In this document: positions 39,135 to 48,538 of the stretch, in pieces
How positions within the stretch are numbered: position 1 is the stretch's first letter
How the letters are laid out: each line of letters opens with the position of its first letter
Notes under the pieces: generated by a model
Seen by the model: the letters and a program-made list of their open reading frames with translations, nothing else
Databases searched by the model: none
What the model was told of the DNA's origin: nothing
Assembly: GCA_009885955.1 (NCBI GenBank)
Contig: VFJS01000056.1
Location: forward strand, 15,941 to 79,940
Origin: Spirochaetia bacterium
GTDB taxonomy: Bacteria; Spirochaetota; UBA4802; UBA5550
DNA: 64,000 nt
Reading direction: 5' to 3'
Translations under genes and position numbers: made by a program

Positions 39135-39962
39135 ATGGATTTTACAGAAGAACAGGTTGAGAGGTACAGCAGAAACATCCTTCTTGATGATGTGGGCGGC
39201 ACAGGCCAGAGGAAGCTCCTCGATTCCAGCGTCCTGATAATAGGCGCCGGCGGGCTTGGATCTCCGGCTGCGCTTTATCTGGCAGCTGCCGGCGTGGGCA
39301 CTATCGGAATTGTTGATGATGACCATGTTGAGCTCTCAAATCTGCAGAGGCAGGTAATCCACTTTACTTCGGATATCAGCAGGCCCAAGGCCGAATCGGC
39401 AGCGGAAAAGATGAGGCTCCTCAATCCCGGTGTAACAGTCATCCCTGTCATGGAGAGGCTCATGGCCGGGAACATAGTATCAGTCATAAAGGATTATGAC
39501 TTCATCATCGACGGCACCGATAATTTTCCTTCCAAGTTCCTCATTAACGATGCCTGCGTGCTTGGAGGAAAACCATTTTCCCATGGCGGCATCCTGAGGT
39601 TCTACGGGCAGACCCTGACCTATGTGCCGGGGTCAGCATGCTACCGGTGCCTCTTTCAGACTCTGCCGCCCAGGGGGACTGTCCCTTCATGCGGTGAAGC
39701 CGGCATACTTGGCGTGGTGGCCGGTATCCTCGGGATGATCCAGGCATCGGAAGCGCTCCGGTACATCCTGGGCATCGGGGAGCTCCTCACCAACAGGCTC
39801 CTGTATATGGACCAGCTTACCGTGGAGTTCAGGAAACTGAATACAAAGCCCAACCCCAACTGCCCGGTGTGCGGCGAAAACCGCACCATTCTTGAGCCAG
39901 TGGACTATGAACAGCCGGCCTGCAGTTTGAAAGAGGGGCCTGCCGCAAAGGTAAACCTTTGA
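39135..39962 (+). CDS. ThiF/MoeB-family E1-like adenylyltransferase (no rhodanese domain)
   Basis: RBS GGAGG then ATG at 39135. Nucleotide-binding GAGGLGSPAALYLAAAGVG. Zinc motif CYRC .. CPVC. Confidence 0.85.
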   Translation: MDFTEEQVERYSRNILLDDVGGTGQRKLLDSSVLIIGAGGLGSPAALYLAAAGVGTIGIVDDDHVELSNLQRQVIHFTSDISRPKAESAAEKMRLLNPGVTVIPVMERLMAGNIVSVIKDYDFIIDGTDNFPSKFLINDACVLGGKPFSHGGILRFYGQTLTYVPGSACYRCLFQTLPPRGTVPSCGEAGILGVVAGILGMIQASEALRYILGIGELLTNRLLYMDQLTVEFRKLNTKPNPNCPVCGENRTILEPVDYEQPACSLKEGPAAKVNL

Positions 39963-39990
39963 TGATGATCATAAGAAGAGGAGCATAAAG

Positions 39991-42702
39991 GTGGCAATGA
40001 GAATAAAGAGCAGTATAATCGCCGGGATGATAAGACACGCTGAAAATGATGCCCCCCTGGAAGCCTGCGGATACCTTGCCGGCAGAGGCAATCATGCGGT
40101 AAAAATGTACGCCATGGCCAACATGGATGGCAGCCCTGAGCACTATACCTTCAGCCCGGAAGAACAGTTCCGCGTGATAAAGGATGCAAGGAAAGAGGGG
40201 CTGGATATTGTCGCGGTTTATCACAGCCACCCCCGGTCGCCTTCTGTAATGTCTGCAGAGGACATGAAGCTTGCCTTTGATAAATCCATAAGCTATGTTA
40301 TCATCTCCCTGGAAAAGGGGACGGCGGACCTGAAATCCTACAAGTTTACAAAAGGGACTGTTGAACAGGAGGACATTGAAGAAGTGAAACTGAATTTTTA
40401 TGAAATACCTGAATTGTACATACACGAGCTCGATGCCTTTGAGAAAGTGACGAAGGACTTCATAGAAGGGTCTCTCGCCCAGGTGGAATACAGGGCCCAC
40501 AGGGTCAGTTTCGGGATCTATGAGCAGAGGACAAACGGCACCTACATGGTTCGTATCCGCTGCACGGCCGGCGGCATGACCCCTGCCCAGCTCGCCGTTA
40601 CCGCTGATCTCGCCGGCCGATACGGTTCAGGCAGGATCCATGTGACAACGAGGCAGGAGGTCCAGATTCATGACGTGAAGGTTGACGGGCTGGGCCCGGT
40701 ATTGAGGGAGCTTTTAACCATCGGCCTTTCCACGCGGGGGGGCGGCGGTAATACTGTGCGGAATATTACGGTTCCGGAGGATTCAGGCATCAGTGAAGAC
40801 GAAATTTTTGATGTGACACCCCATTCAGTTGCTCTAACCTCCAGGCTCATCAGGGACCAGGATTCATGGAACCTGCCGAGGAAATTCAAGATCGGTTTTG
40901 CTTCAGCCCCGGGGCACCGGGAGAGAATTATCGTGCAGGACCTGGGATTTGAAGCAGTGATCAGGGACGGGAGAAGGGGCTTCAGGGTATTCGGAGCAGG
41001 CGGGATGGGCGCGAAGCCCATGATGGCAGAACTTATACATGACTTCATCGAAGAGAAGGATATATACCGCGTCTCAACGGCAATGAAACGGCTTTTTGAC
41101 AAACATGGGAACAGGAGGAACAGGTATGCTGCAAGGCTCAGGTTTGTCTGGAAAAATCTTGGAAGGAAGGAATTCCTCAGGCTCTACAACGGGGAGCTGG
41201 ATCAGCTTGATAAGGATGATATGGGTCTGTTGTTCAATGAAATAATAAATGAAGGGACATCGACGGCGCTGGAATCCGTGAACGGAGAGGGACCTGAATT
41301 CGAATTATGGAAAAGCAGATATGTACTGGGTCAGAAGCAGGCCGGGCTTACATCGGTCCTTATCCCCCTTAGCCTGGGTGATATAAGCTCAGTGGATGCT
41401 CTGGAACTTGCGCGTTTTCTTGAACCCTTCGGGGAGAATGTACTACGCTTTTCCCAGGCGCAGAATATAGTCCTGAGAAATATACCGGAAGGGCTCCTGG
41501 GGAATGTCAGCCGGCATGTGGCAAAGCGCTATCCCCTTGCATCGGGGCCGTCGCTTTCAGGAAATGCCGTGTCATGCGCAGGCGCGGACACATGCAGGCT
41601 GGGCCTGTGCCTCTCCAGAAATCTCCTCTCCGCCGTTTACTCTGAGCTTGGAAAGACCGGTGTGGATCTGGATGGATTGAAGGATGTGAAAGTCCGGATT
41701 TCCGGATGCCCCAATGCCTGCGGCCAGCACCACGGCGCAGACATAGGCTTTTTCGGAAAAGTTTCGCGGAAGGATGACAGGTCTTATCCTGCATATTATA
41801 TTGTCGCGGGCCAGGGGCTGAACAGCGGTACTCCTGTTTTTGCCGAAAGGCTGGGTGAGATAAGCGCAAGGAATGTACCATTATTTTTACGCGAGATTCT
41901 TGAAGCCTATGCGGCTGCGGGAGGCGCGGAAACAGGTTTCAGTGGATTTATTGAATCCGGAAGGAATGGTAAGATCAGGACAATCCTGGACAAATACAGC
42001 CAGGTCCCGGGTTTTGATGAAGATAAAAATTACTATTTTGACTGGGGGGCCGATGAGGCCTTCTCCATCGCGGGCATGGGAAGGGGGGAATGCGCTGCCG
42101 GGCTCTTTGACATCATAGACCACGACGCCGACCTGATCAGGAAAAATATTGAAGGCCTCAGCTCTGAAAGGGATGAGGATAAAATCAGAACGTCCCTGGC
42201 GGATATTGTCTTTTCATCATCAAGGATGCTCCTTGTGACAAAGGGGATTGAGCCTCGTGGCAGGGCCGAAGTTTTCAGCCAATTCATTGGTTCATTCATT
42301 AAAAAAGGATTGGTTGAAGAAAAATATTCAGGCATTGTGGAGATGGCCGGTGACGGAGATCTGGACGGCCTTCTAAAAGAGAGGGATCTGGTTGTTGAAC
42401 TTTCACAGGCAGTAACCGCCCTTTATAATTCCATGGATAATTCACTCAGGTTCCCCGGGGAGGGGGAGTTAAAAACCCCTGCGGCAAAATTCAAGGACCT
42501 GAGAGGGGTGAAGTGCCCTTTGAACTTTGTCAAGGTAAAGCTCATCCTTGAAACCATGAAGGGCGGTGAGACACTTGAGATATTCCTGGACAACGGGGAG
42601 CCTATAGAAAATGTCCCCAGGTCGATTCAGAATCAGGGCGATGAGATTGTTAGCCGGAAAAGGAACGGGGATTACTGGTCAGTGACAATTAAGAAATCAT
42701 GA
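39991..42702 (+). CDS. tri-domain fusion: JAMM/MPN+ metalloprotease, siroheme-[4Fe-4S] sulfite(/nitrite) reductase hemoprotein, and TusA-like sulfur-relay domain
   Basis: JAMM motif E .. HSHPRSPSVMSAED (H-x-H-x7-S-x2-D). Sulfite reductase ferredoxin-like half-domains (GTYMVRIRCTAGGMTPAQL .. RIHVTTRQ) and the siroheme/Fe-S Cys motif CAGADTCRLGLC .. SGCPNACGQH. C-terminal TusA-like LRGVKCPLNF .. GETLEIFLDNGEPIENVP. The start is GTG 39991 or ATG 39997. Confidence 0.85.
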   Translation: MAMRIKSSIIAGMIRHAENDAPLEACGYLAGRGNHAVKMYAMANMDGSPEHYTFSPEEQFRVIKDARKEGLDIVAVYHSHPRSPSVMSAEDMKLAFDKSISYVIISLEKGTADLKSYKFTKGTVEQEDIEEVKLNFYEIPELYIHELDAFEKVTKDFIEGSLAQVEYRAHRVSFGIYEQRTNGTYMVRIRCTAGGMTPAQLAVTADLAGRYGSGRIHVTTRQEVQIHDVKVDGLGPVLRELLTIGLSTRGGGGNTVRNITVPEDSGISEDEIFDVTPHSVALTSRLIRDQDSWNLPRKFKIGFASAPGHRERIIVQDLGFEAVIRDGRRGFRVFGAGGMGAKPMMAELIHDFIEEKDIYRVSTAMKRLFDKHGNRRNRYAARLRFVWKNLGRKEFLRLYNGELDQLDKDDMGLLFNEIINEGTSTALESVNGEGPEFELWKSRYVLGQKQAGLTSVLIPLSLGDISSVDALELARFLEPFGENVLRFSQAQNIVLRNIPEGLLGNVSRHVAKRYPLASGPSLSGNAVSCAGADTCRLGLCLSRNLLSAVYSELGKTGVDLDGLKDVKVRISGCPNACGQHHGADIGFFGKVSRKDDRSYPAYYIVAGQGLNSGTPVFAERLGEISARNVPLFLREILEAYAAAGGAETGFSGFIESGRNGKIRTILDKYSQVPGFDEDKNYYFDWGADEAFSIAGMGRGECAAGLFDIIDHDADLIRKNIEGLSSERDEDKIRTSLADIVFSSSRMLLVTKGIEPRGRAEVFSQFIGSFIKKGLVEEKYSGIVEMAGDGDLDGLLKERDLVVELSQAVTALYNSMDNSLRFPGEGELKTPAAKFKDLRGVKCPLNFVKVKLILETMKGGETLEIFLDNGEPIENVPRSIQNQGDEIVSRKRNGDYWSVTIKKS

Positions 42703-42735
42703 AAATAAAAATAAAATCGTAAAAAGGCGGATTCA

Positions 42736-42963
42736 ATGGTTGAACAGCGCTGCAGAAGCATAGTCAAAACTCTATCGTGGAGAATAACAGGTACGATAGC
42801 TACCACACTGATATCCTTCCTGATAACCGGGAGCTTTGCCTTTGCATTATCAATAGGAACCTTTGAGTTTATCGCAAAAATGTTCCTCTACTATTTTCAT
42901 GAAAGGCTCTGGAACAGGATTAACCTGGGAAGGACTGCTCCGAAGAATGACTATCAGATATGA
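42736..42963 (+). CDS. DUF2061-like small membrane protein
   Basis: 75 aa, two TM helices. TLSWRITGT .. FLITGS pattern. Confidence 0.4.
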   Translation: MVEQRCRSIVKTLSWRITGTIATTLISFLITGSFAFALSIGTFEFIAKMFLYYFHERLWNRINLGRTAPKNDYQI

Positions 42964-43065
42964 TCATTTTAGAAAAAATACAATTTGCCACAGAGGCTCA
43001 GAGACACAGAGAAATGGTAATGGATTTAATAAAGGCTGGAATAAGTCAGTCATGAAGAAAGAAAT

Positions 43066-43088
43066 TACTCACGGATTTGCACGGATAA
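43066..43088. promoter_or_regulatory. TCACGGATTCA-family motif, site d
   Basis: TACTCACGGATTTGCACGGATAA about 120 bp upstream of cysH. Confidence 0.3.
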
Positions 43089-43134
43089 ACATGGATAAAA
43101 TTGAATATGAATGATATCAATATTTGGAAAAAAA

Positions 43135-43168
43135 AATCCGTGAAAATCTGTGTGAATCCGTGAGCAAA
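43135..43168. promoter_or_regulatory. TCACGGATTCA-family motif, site e (inverted relative to site d)
   Basis: Reverse complement reads TTGCTCACGGATTCACACAGATTTTCACGGATT. About 40 bp upstream of cysH. Confidence 0.3.
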
Positions 43169-43203
43169 TATCAAAAACTGAAAAGTTCAATTGGATAAAG
43201 ATT

Positions 43204-43944
43204 ATGATAATGCCTGAAGATTTGAAATCATTGCAGAGAGAGTTTTCCGGTGCAAAGCCCCGGGAGCTGCTTGAACACTTCATGAAGATACACGGTTCCC
43301 GGATAGCCCTTGCATCGAGCCTGGGGGCTGAAGACCAGGCCCTGACACACATGATGCTGGGGATAGACCCCGGGGCAGTGATATTCTTCATCGATACCGG
43401 TAGGCTCCATCAGGAAACCTATGATACTGCTGCGAAGACCATGAAAAGATACGGCATGAGATACCAGGTCTTTTTTCCTGACAACAAGAGGGTCGAGGAG
43501 ATGACCGGCGCCCACGGGCCAAATTTATTTTATGAGTCCGTGGCGCTGAGGGAGACATGCTGCCAGGTAAGAAAAGTTGAACCCCTGGAAAGGGCCCTCT
43601 CGAATATGGATGCATGGGTCACTGGCCTGCGCAGGGAACAGTCCCCTGCAAGGGCCGGACTGGAAGTCATTGAGTGGGACCCGGCGCGGAAGATGGTAAA
43701 GCTGAACCCCCTGGCATCATGGAGCAATGAGGAGCTCTGGAGCTACATCAGGGAACATGCGGTACCGTACAACAGCCTCCATGACCGCAACTTCCCCAGC
43801 ATAGGATGTGCGCCCTGCACCCGGGCAATAGGGGAAGGCGAAGATACACGGGCAGGGAGATGGTGGTGGGAGGATTCAGGGGAAAAAGAATGCGGCCTCC
43901 ATGTAAAGAGTCAAGAAACAGATGACAGGGGGGGATCGATATGA
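43204..43944 (+). CDS. cysH: adenylyl-sulfate (APS) reductase, thioredoxin-dependent, Fe-S type (CysH family)
   Basis: PP-loop SLGAEDQAL. Cys pair CC (ETCCQVRK) plus CAPC for a [4Fe-4S] cluster. C-terminal KECGLH catalytic motif. Confidence 0.85.
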   Translation: MIMPEDLKSLQREFSGAKPRELLEHFMKIHGSRIALASSLGAEDQALTHMMLGIDPGAVIFFIDTGRLHQETYDTAAKTMKRYGMRYQVFFPDNKRVEEMTGAHGPNLFYESVALRETCCQVRKVEPLERALSNMDAWVTGLRREQSPARAGLEVIEWDPARKMVKLNPLASWSNEELWSYIREHAVPYNSLHDRNFPSIGCAPCTRAIGEGEDTRAGRWWWEDSGEKECGLHVKSQETDDRGGSI

Positions 43945-44822
43945 TAATTCTTGATGAGCTGGAAAGCCAGAGTATCTATATTCTGAGAGAGGCCTACAGG
44001 GAATTTAAAAGCCTCTGCATGCTCTGGTCAATAGGAAAGGACAGCACGGTGTTATTATACCTGGCGCGGAAAGCCTTTTTCGGCCATGTTCCCATGCCGC
44101 TGGTACATATCGACACCAGGTATAAGATACCGGAGATGATAGAGTACAGGGACAACCTGGTGAAGGAATGGAAACTGAACCTCATATACGGCATGAACCG
44201 GAAAGCCATTGATGAAAAGAGGACCTTTCCAGACGGCAATGTTGACCGTTTAACCTGCTGTAAAAGTCTGAAGAGCGACGCACTGAGGCAGACGCTGAAC
44301 GGGGAGGGGGAGAGGTTCATCTTCAGTCATTCGGCCGGGAAATACATCCCCGATACCTCGCGCGAGGCCTATACCGGGGTCATCGTGGGAGTACGGGCGG
44401 ATGAGGAGGGGAGCCGTTCCAAAGAGCGCTATTTCTCTCCAAGGGACAGTGAGAGCGACTGGCGCATCGAGGACCAGCCGCCGGAATTCTGGAACCAGTA
44501 TAAGACTGACTTTTCCTCCGGCACCCACGTGAGGATCCACCCCCTCCTCGACTGGACCGAACTGAACATATGGGAATATATCGAAAGGGAGAACATCGGT
44601 GTCGTGTCACTCTATTTCGACAAAGGGGAAGGGATCCGGTACCGGTCACTGGGGTGCTACCCGTGCACGAAACCTGTGGAGTCCAAATCGAAAAATGTCC
44701 CGGAAATAATCGAAGAACTCAGGAGCGGCAGGTTCTCCAATATAGCCGAGAGGTCGGGAAGGGAGCAGGATAAAGACGGGGGCGGGACCCTGGAGACATT
44801 GAGGCGTGAGGGATATATGTAA
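43941..44822 (+). CDS. cysD: sulfate adenylyltransferase subunit 2
   Basis: PAPS-reductase-like fold with SIGKDS PP-loop. 293 aa. Its stop overlaps the cysN start (TAATG). Confidence 0.9.
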   Translation: MIILDELESQSIYILREAYREFKSLCMLWSIGKDSTVLLYLARKAFFGHVPMPLVHIDTRYKIPEMIEYRDNLVKEWKLNLIYGMNRKAIDEKRTFPDGNVDRLTCCKSLKSDALRQTLNGEGERFIFSHSAGKYIPDTSREAYTGVIVGVRADEEGSRSKERYFSPRDSESDWRIEDQPPEFWNQYKTDFSSGTHVRIHPLLDWTELNIWEYIERENIGVVSLYFDKGEGIRYRSLGCYPCTKPVESKSKNVPEIIEELRSGRFSNIAERSGREQDKDGGGTLETLRREGYM

Positions 44823-46654
44823 TGGAACAGATGGAACAGATAAAACAGACAAAACAGATAAAACAGATAGATCAGATGAATATCGTGGTGATAGGCCACG
44901 TGGACCACGGCAAGAGCACGGTGATCGGCAGGCTCCTCTCGGACACGGGCTCCCTGCCCGAAGGCAAACTGGAACAGGTGAAGATGCAGTGCCGTAAAAG
45001 CTCCAGGCCCTTTGAGTACGCCTTTCTCCTTGATGCCCTGAAGGACGAGCAGTCACAGGGGATAACCATCGATTCGGCCAGGTGCTTCTTTAAAACAGCA
45101 AAGAGGAATTATATCATCATAGACGCTCCGGGGCACATAGAATTTTTGAAGAACATGATAACCGGAGCATCCAGGGCAGAGGCCGCGCTCCTTGTCATTG
45201 ACGCGAATGAAGGGGTCCAGGAGAATTCACGGAGGCACGGTTTCATGGCTTCCCTCCTGGGGATCAAACAGCTCGTTGTCCTGGTGAACAAGCTCGATAT
45301 TTCAGGATACAGCGAGTCTGTGTATAACGGGATCAGGTCCGAGTTCACCATGTTTCTTGATAGCATAGAGGTGAGCCCTCTGGAATTTATTCCCATATCG
45401 GCGCGGGAGGGGGAAAACATCGCGGTGAAGTCGGATAAGATGCCCTGGTACAGGGGGATGACCGTGATCCAGCGGCTCGATGAATTCAAAAAGGAAAAGC
45501 CCCTTTTTCATAAGCCCTTCAGGATGCCTGTGCAGGACATATACAAGTTCACCATGTACGGCGACGACAGGAGGATAGTGGCTGGTACCGTATCCTCAGG
45601 GAAAATAAGCGCCGGCGATGAAGTTGTATTCCTCCCTTCGGGAAAAAAATCAGAAATAAATTCGGTAGAGGCTTTTAACTCTCCTGTTGAGGTCTCCGTT
45701 TCGGCAGGCAGGGCCGCTGGATTCACCCTGAAGACCCAGATATACATCCACCCCGGGGAGATCATGTGCAGGACTGGCGATGAGCTTCCATTCACCTCAA
45801 CGGCCTTCAGGGCGAACCTCTTCTGGGTCGGGAAGAGCCCCATGATACCGGGAAAGAAGTACAAGCTCAAGGCCGGAACCATGAAGGCCTCGGTGTACCT
45901 CAAGGAAATAATCAATATCATCGATGCCTCATCCCTTGACGAGGGCGCAAGCAGATCGGAGATCCTCAGGCACGACGTTTCGGAGTGTATTTTACAGACT
46001 CTGAAACCCGTATCCTTTGACCGTTTCAGCGACAATGAGCTCACGGGAAGGTTTGTTATCGTGGACGGATATGAAATTGCCGGCGGCGGGATAATCATGG
46101 AGCCCGTACAGGAATCCCTTTCCTATCTCGCGGAACATGCGGTGCGCAGGGACTACCGTTGGGTCAAGGGGAATGTGGCTATGGCCGCGAGGCACACACG
46201 GTTCAGCCAGAAGCCCCGGATCATCGTGTTCACCGGCGAAGAAACATTGGAATGGGAGGGTCTGGCGCAGGCCCTGGAACAGGACCTCTGGAGGGAGGGG
46301 CGGAATGTCTATTACCTGGGGCTTTCGAACATTTTGAGAGCCATTGACAATGACGGGCCCCGGGCATCCATAGACAGGGAGGAGGAGATATGCCGCCTCG
46401 GGGAATCGGCCCACCTCCTTGCCGATGCAGGCCTCATTGTCATAACCACCATTTCGGGACTGGATAATTACGAGTACGGCATGCTGAAGCTCATCTGCGA
46501 GCCCCATGAGATCCTTCTTATCAATGCAGGGATCGTTTCAGCTGACACCATTGACGCTCTGTCCATTGACAGCGGCCTGGAAGCCGGTGAGGCCCTTTCA
46601 AAGATAAAAACCTCTCTCAGGGATAGGGATATCATCCCCGACTTCCAGATTTGA
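44822..46654 (+). CDS. cysN: sulfate adenylyltransferase subunit 1 (GTPase) fused to a degenerate APS-kinase-like C-terminal domain
   Basis: G1 box [19 protein letters not shown]-terminal ~190 aa aligns with CysC, but the P-loop is replaced (GLSGSGKST becomes GEETLEWEG) and the DGD motif is lost. N-terminal [18 protein letters not shown] is encoded by a 9-bp-unit microsatellite. Confidence 0.85.
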   Translation: MEQMEQIKQTKQIKQIDQMNIVVIGHVDHGKSTVIGRLLSDTGSLPEGKLEQVKMQCRKSSRPFEYAFLLDALKDEQSQGITIDSARCFFKTAKRNYIIIDAPGHIEFLKNMITGASRAEAALLVIDANEGVQENSRRHGFMASLLGIKQLVVLVNKLDISGYSESVYNGIRSEFTMFLDSIEVSPLEFIPISAREGENIAVKSDKMPWYRGMTVIQRLDEFKKEKPLFHKPFRMPVQDIYKFTMYGDDRRIVAGTVSSGKISAGDEVVFLPSGKKSEINSVEAFNSPVEVSVSAGRAAGFTLKTQIYIHPGEIMCRTGDELPFTSTAFRANLFWVGKSPMIPGKKYKLKAGTMKASVYLKEIINIIDASSLDEGASRSEILRHDVSECILQTLKPVSFDRFSDNELTGRFVIVDGYEIAGGGIIMEPVQESLSYLAEHAVRRDYRWVKGNVAMAARHTRFSQKPRIIVFTGEETLEWEGLAQALEQDLWREGRNVYYLGLSNILRAIDNDGPRASIDREEEICRLGESAHLLADAGLIVITTISGLDNYEYGMLKLICEPHEILLINAGIVSADTIDALSIDSGLEAGEALSKIKTSLRDRDIIPDFQI

Positions 46655-46800
46655 AATGTTTTATTTCTGCCATCCAGCTGAGCCATGGGCCCGGTGGGTA
46701 TATGCCGAAGGCGATTCCGAAGAGGCATATGACACATGTTACCCTGACCCACCGGTGTCTGAACCAGCCCCGGCTTGTCCATATTGAATATATGTTCGCA

Positions 46801-46827
46801 GTGAAATCCGAGTAAATCCGTGAACCG
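46801..46827. promoter_or_regulatory. TCACGGATTCA-family motif, site f
   Basis: Reverse complement reads CGGTTCACGGATTTACTCGGATTTCAC. About 170 bp upstream of the LarE-like gene. Confidence 0.3.
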
Positions 46828-46985
46828 ATATTTATATTCCCGGATAGAGCGAAAAAATCCCAAAATTTTTTTCTTGTAAAAAATAATCAATTATTACAAT
46901 TGTAACTGGTTTATCAGTCACGATATGCCGGCCTGAAGTTTATTATCGGCATAGAGTAATTCATGTTGCGCAGACAGATGAAGCA

Positions 46986-47864
46986 TTGGAGAATTCAATG
47001 AAACGCATAGATTCCCTTAGATTCGATGACCGGGAACTGAATAAAAAAATTGACGGCCTTGCCGCTATCCTCAGGGATATGAAGAGCCTCGTCGTGGCCT
47101 TTTCCGGCGGCGTGGACAGCACATTTCTCCTGAAAGCGGCATGGGATATTTTAGGCGGAAATGTCCTGGCAGTTATTGCCAGGTCCGAGACCTATCCCGA
47201 AGGTGAATACCGGGACGCCCTTGCCTTTGCCGCGGAAATTGACGCCCCCTTCCTTGTCATAGATACCGGGGAGCTGAAAAACGAAAACTTTTCATCAAAC
47301 CCCCCTGACCGGTGTTATTACTGCAAAAGCGAGCTTTTCTGCAAGCTTACTGAAATAGCCCGGGAAAGGGGCCTGGCTTTTGTTGCCGACGGCTCGAACC
47401 TTGATGACACTGAAGATTTCAGGCCCGGTACAAGGGCATCCAGGGAGATTGGCGTGAGGAGCCCTTTAAAGGAGGCCGGGTTCACCAAGGATGACATCCG
47501 CCGCGTTTCCAGGGAACTGGGCCTCTCCTCCTGGGACAAACCCTCGCAGGCATGCCTCTCGTCTCGGTTTCCCTACGGTACGGAAATTACGCAGGAGAGG
47601 CTCGACATGATTTCCCTTGCCGAGGAATTTCTTGCAGGCCTGGGCCTCAGGTGCTGCAGGGTAAGGTATCACGGCGACATAGCGCGCATAGAAGTGCCGG
47701 CTGCGGATATGCAGATGTTTATCGACCCTGAACTGGCCGGCAGGATATACGGCAGGTTCAATGAAATCGGTTTTACCTATGTCACACTGGACATCAAAGG
47801 CTACAGGACCGGAAGCATGAATGAGGTCCTTCCGGATTCAGTAAAAGATATCAGGTCAGCATGA
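46986..47864 (+). CDS. LarE-like PP-loop ATP pyrophosphatase (sulfur transferase family, TIGR00268-like)
   Basis: PP-loop VAFSGGVDS. Cys motif CYYC .. C (PDRCYYCKSELF .. SQACLSS), suggestive of the Fe-S-dependent LarE subgroup. The start may be the internal MKRIDSL. Confidence 0.7.
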   Translation: MENSMKRIDSLRFDDRELNKKIDGLAAILRDMKSLVVAFSGGVDSTFLLKAAWDILGGNVLAVIARSETYPEGEYRDALAFAAEIDAPFLVIDTGELKNENFSSNPPDRCYYCKSELFCKLTEIARERGLAFVADGSNLDDTEDFRPGTRASREIGVRSPLKEAGFTKDDIRRVSRELGLSSWDKPSQACLSSRFPYGTEITQERLDMISLAEEFLAGLGLRCCRVRYHGDIARIEVPAADMQMFIDPELAGRIYGRFNEIGFTYVTLDIKGYRTGSMNEVLPDSVKDIRSA

Positions 47865-48274
47865 TTTCAGTTTCATCAAAGGGGATCTACGGGCTTGCGG
47901 CGCTCTTTATTCTGGCCCGGAACTACGAGAGCGGGCCCCTCCGCATAAAAGATATCTCCTCGGGCGAGGGAATACCCAGGCAGTACCTGGAGCAGCTGCT
48001 TATAAAGCTCAAGAAAAGCGGGCTGGTAAAGAGCTACAGGGGCAAGGACGGGGGGTATTCGTTGAAAAAAAGGCCTTCCGAGATTACCGTGTACGAGGCG
48101 CTGGTCTGCCTTGAAGGGCCAATGGAGCTTGCTTCATCAACCACCAGAACCGGCACTCTCCATTTTTTCTGGCAAAGGGCGCAGCAGGAAATCATAGAAA
48201 TTTTCGACATCACCCTCGAAGACCTCATCATGGAGCATGACAGGCTCAACAACCAGGTTGTTTATGATATATGA
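47861..48274 (+). CDS. Rrf2-family transcriptional regulator without the Fe-S Cys triad (CymR-like)
   Basis: wHTH (SSGEGIPRQYLEQLLIKLKKSGLVKSYRGKDGGYSL). Only one Cys in the region where IscR-type proteins have three. 4-bp overlap with the LarE-like gene. Confidence 0.85.
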   Translation: MISVSSKGIYGLAALFILARNYESGPLRIKDISSGEGIPRQYLEQLLIKLKKSGLVKSYRGKDGGYSLKKRPSEITVYEALVCLEGPMELASSTTRTGTLHFFWQRAQQEIIEIFDITLEDLIMEHDRLNNQVVYDI

Positions 48275-48334
48275 TTATTTAATAATGCATGTCGGGAAAT
48301 GTAGTTATTTAAGTAATTATATTTTACAAAAAAT

Positions 48335-48374
48335 GCCCTCACCCCTGACCCCTCTCCCGAAATAGGGAGAGGGG
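48335..48374 (+). repeat. REP-like element, copy 8
   Basis: GCCCTCACCCCTGACCCCTCTCCCGAAATAGGGAGAGGGG. Confidence 0.8.
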
Positions 48375-48398
48375 TAGTAGTGACATTTTAAAATGAAA

Positions 48399-48442
48399 CC
48401 CTCGCCCTACCGGGAGAGGGTGCGCGGAGCGCGGGTGAGGGC
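48399..48442 (-). repeat. REP-like element, copy 9 (inverted partner of copy 8)
   Basis: CCCTCGCCCTACCGGGAGAGGG-TGCGCGGAGCGC-GGGTGAGGGC. Confidence 0.8.
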
Positions 48443-48538
48443 ATAGTTTTTAAGTCAGCATGTTATTGTGTCTTTCAGGTATTTCGGAATGGACCAAATT
48501 TGCCAGTAATCAATTTTAAAGATGGGAAAAAGGAGTTC

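Noticed and set aside
42863-43114. 83-aa plus-strand ORF
   Set aside because: Spans the TCACGGATT motif region upstream of cysH; no coding signal.
45508-46098. 196-aa minus-strand ORF
   Set aside because: Antisense within cysN.
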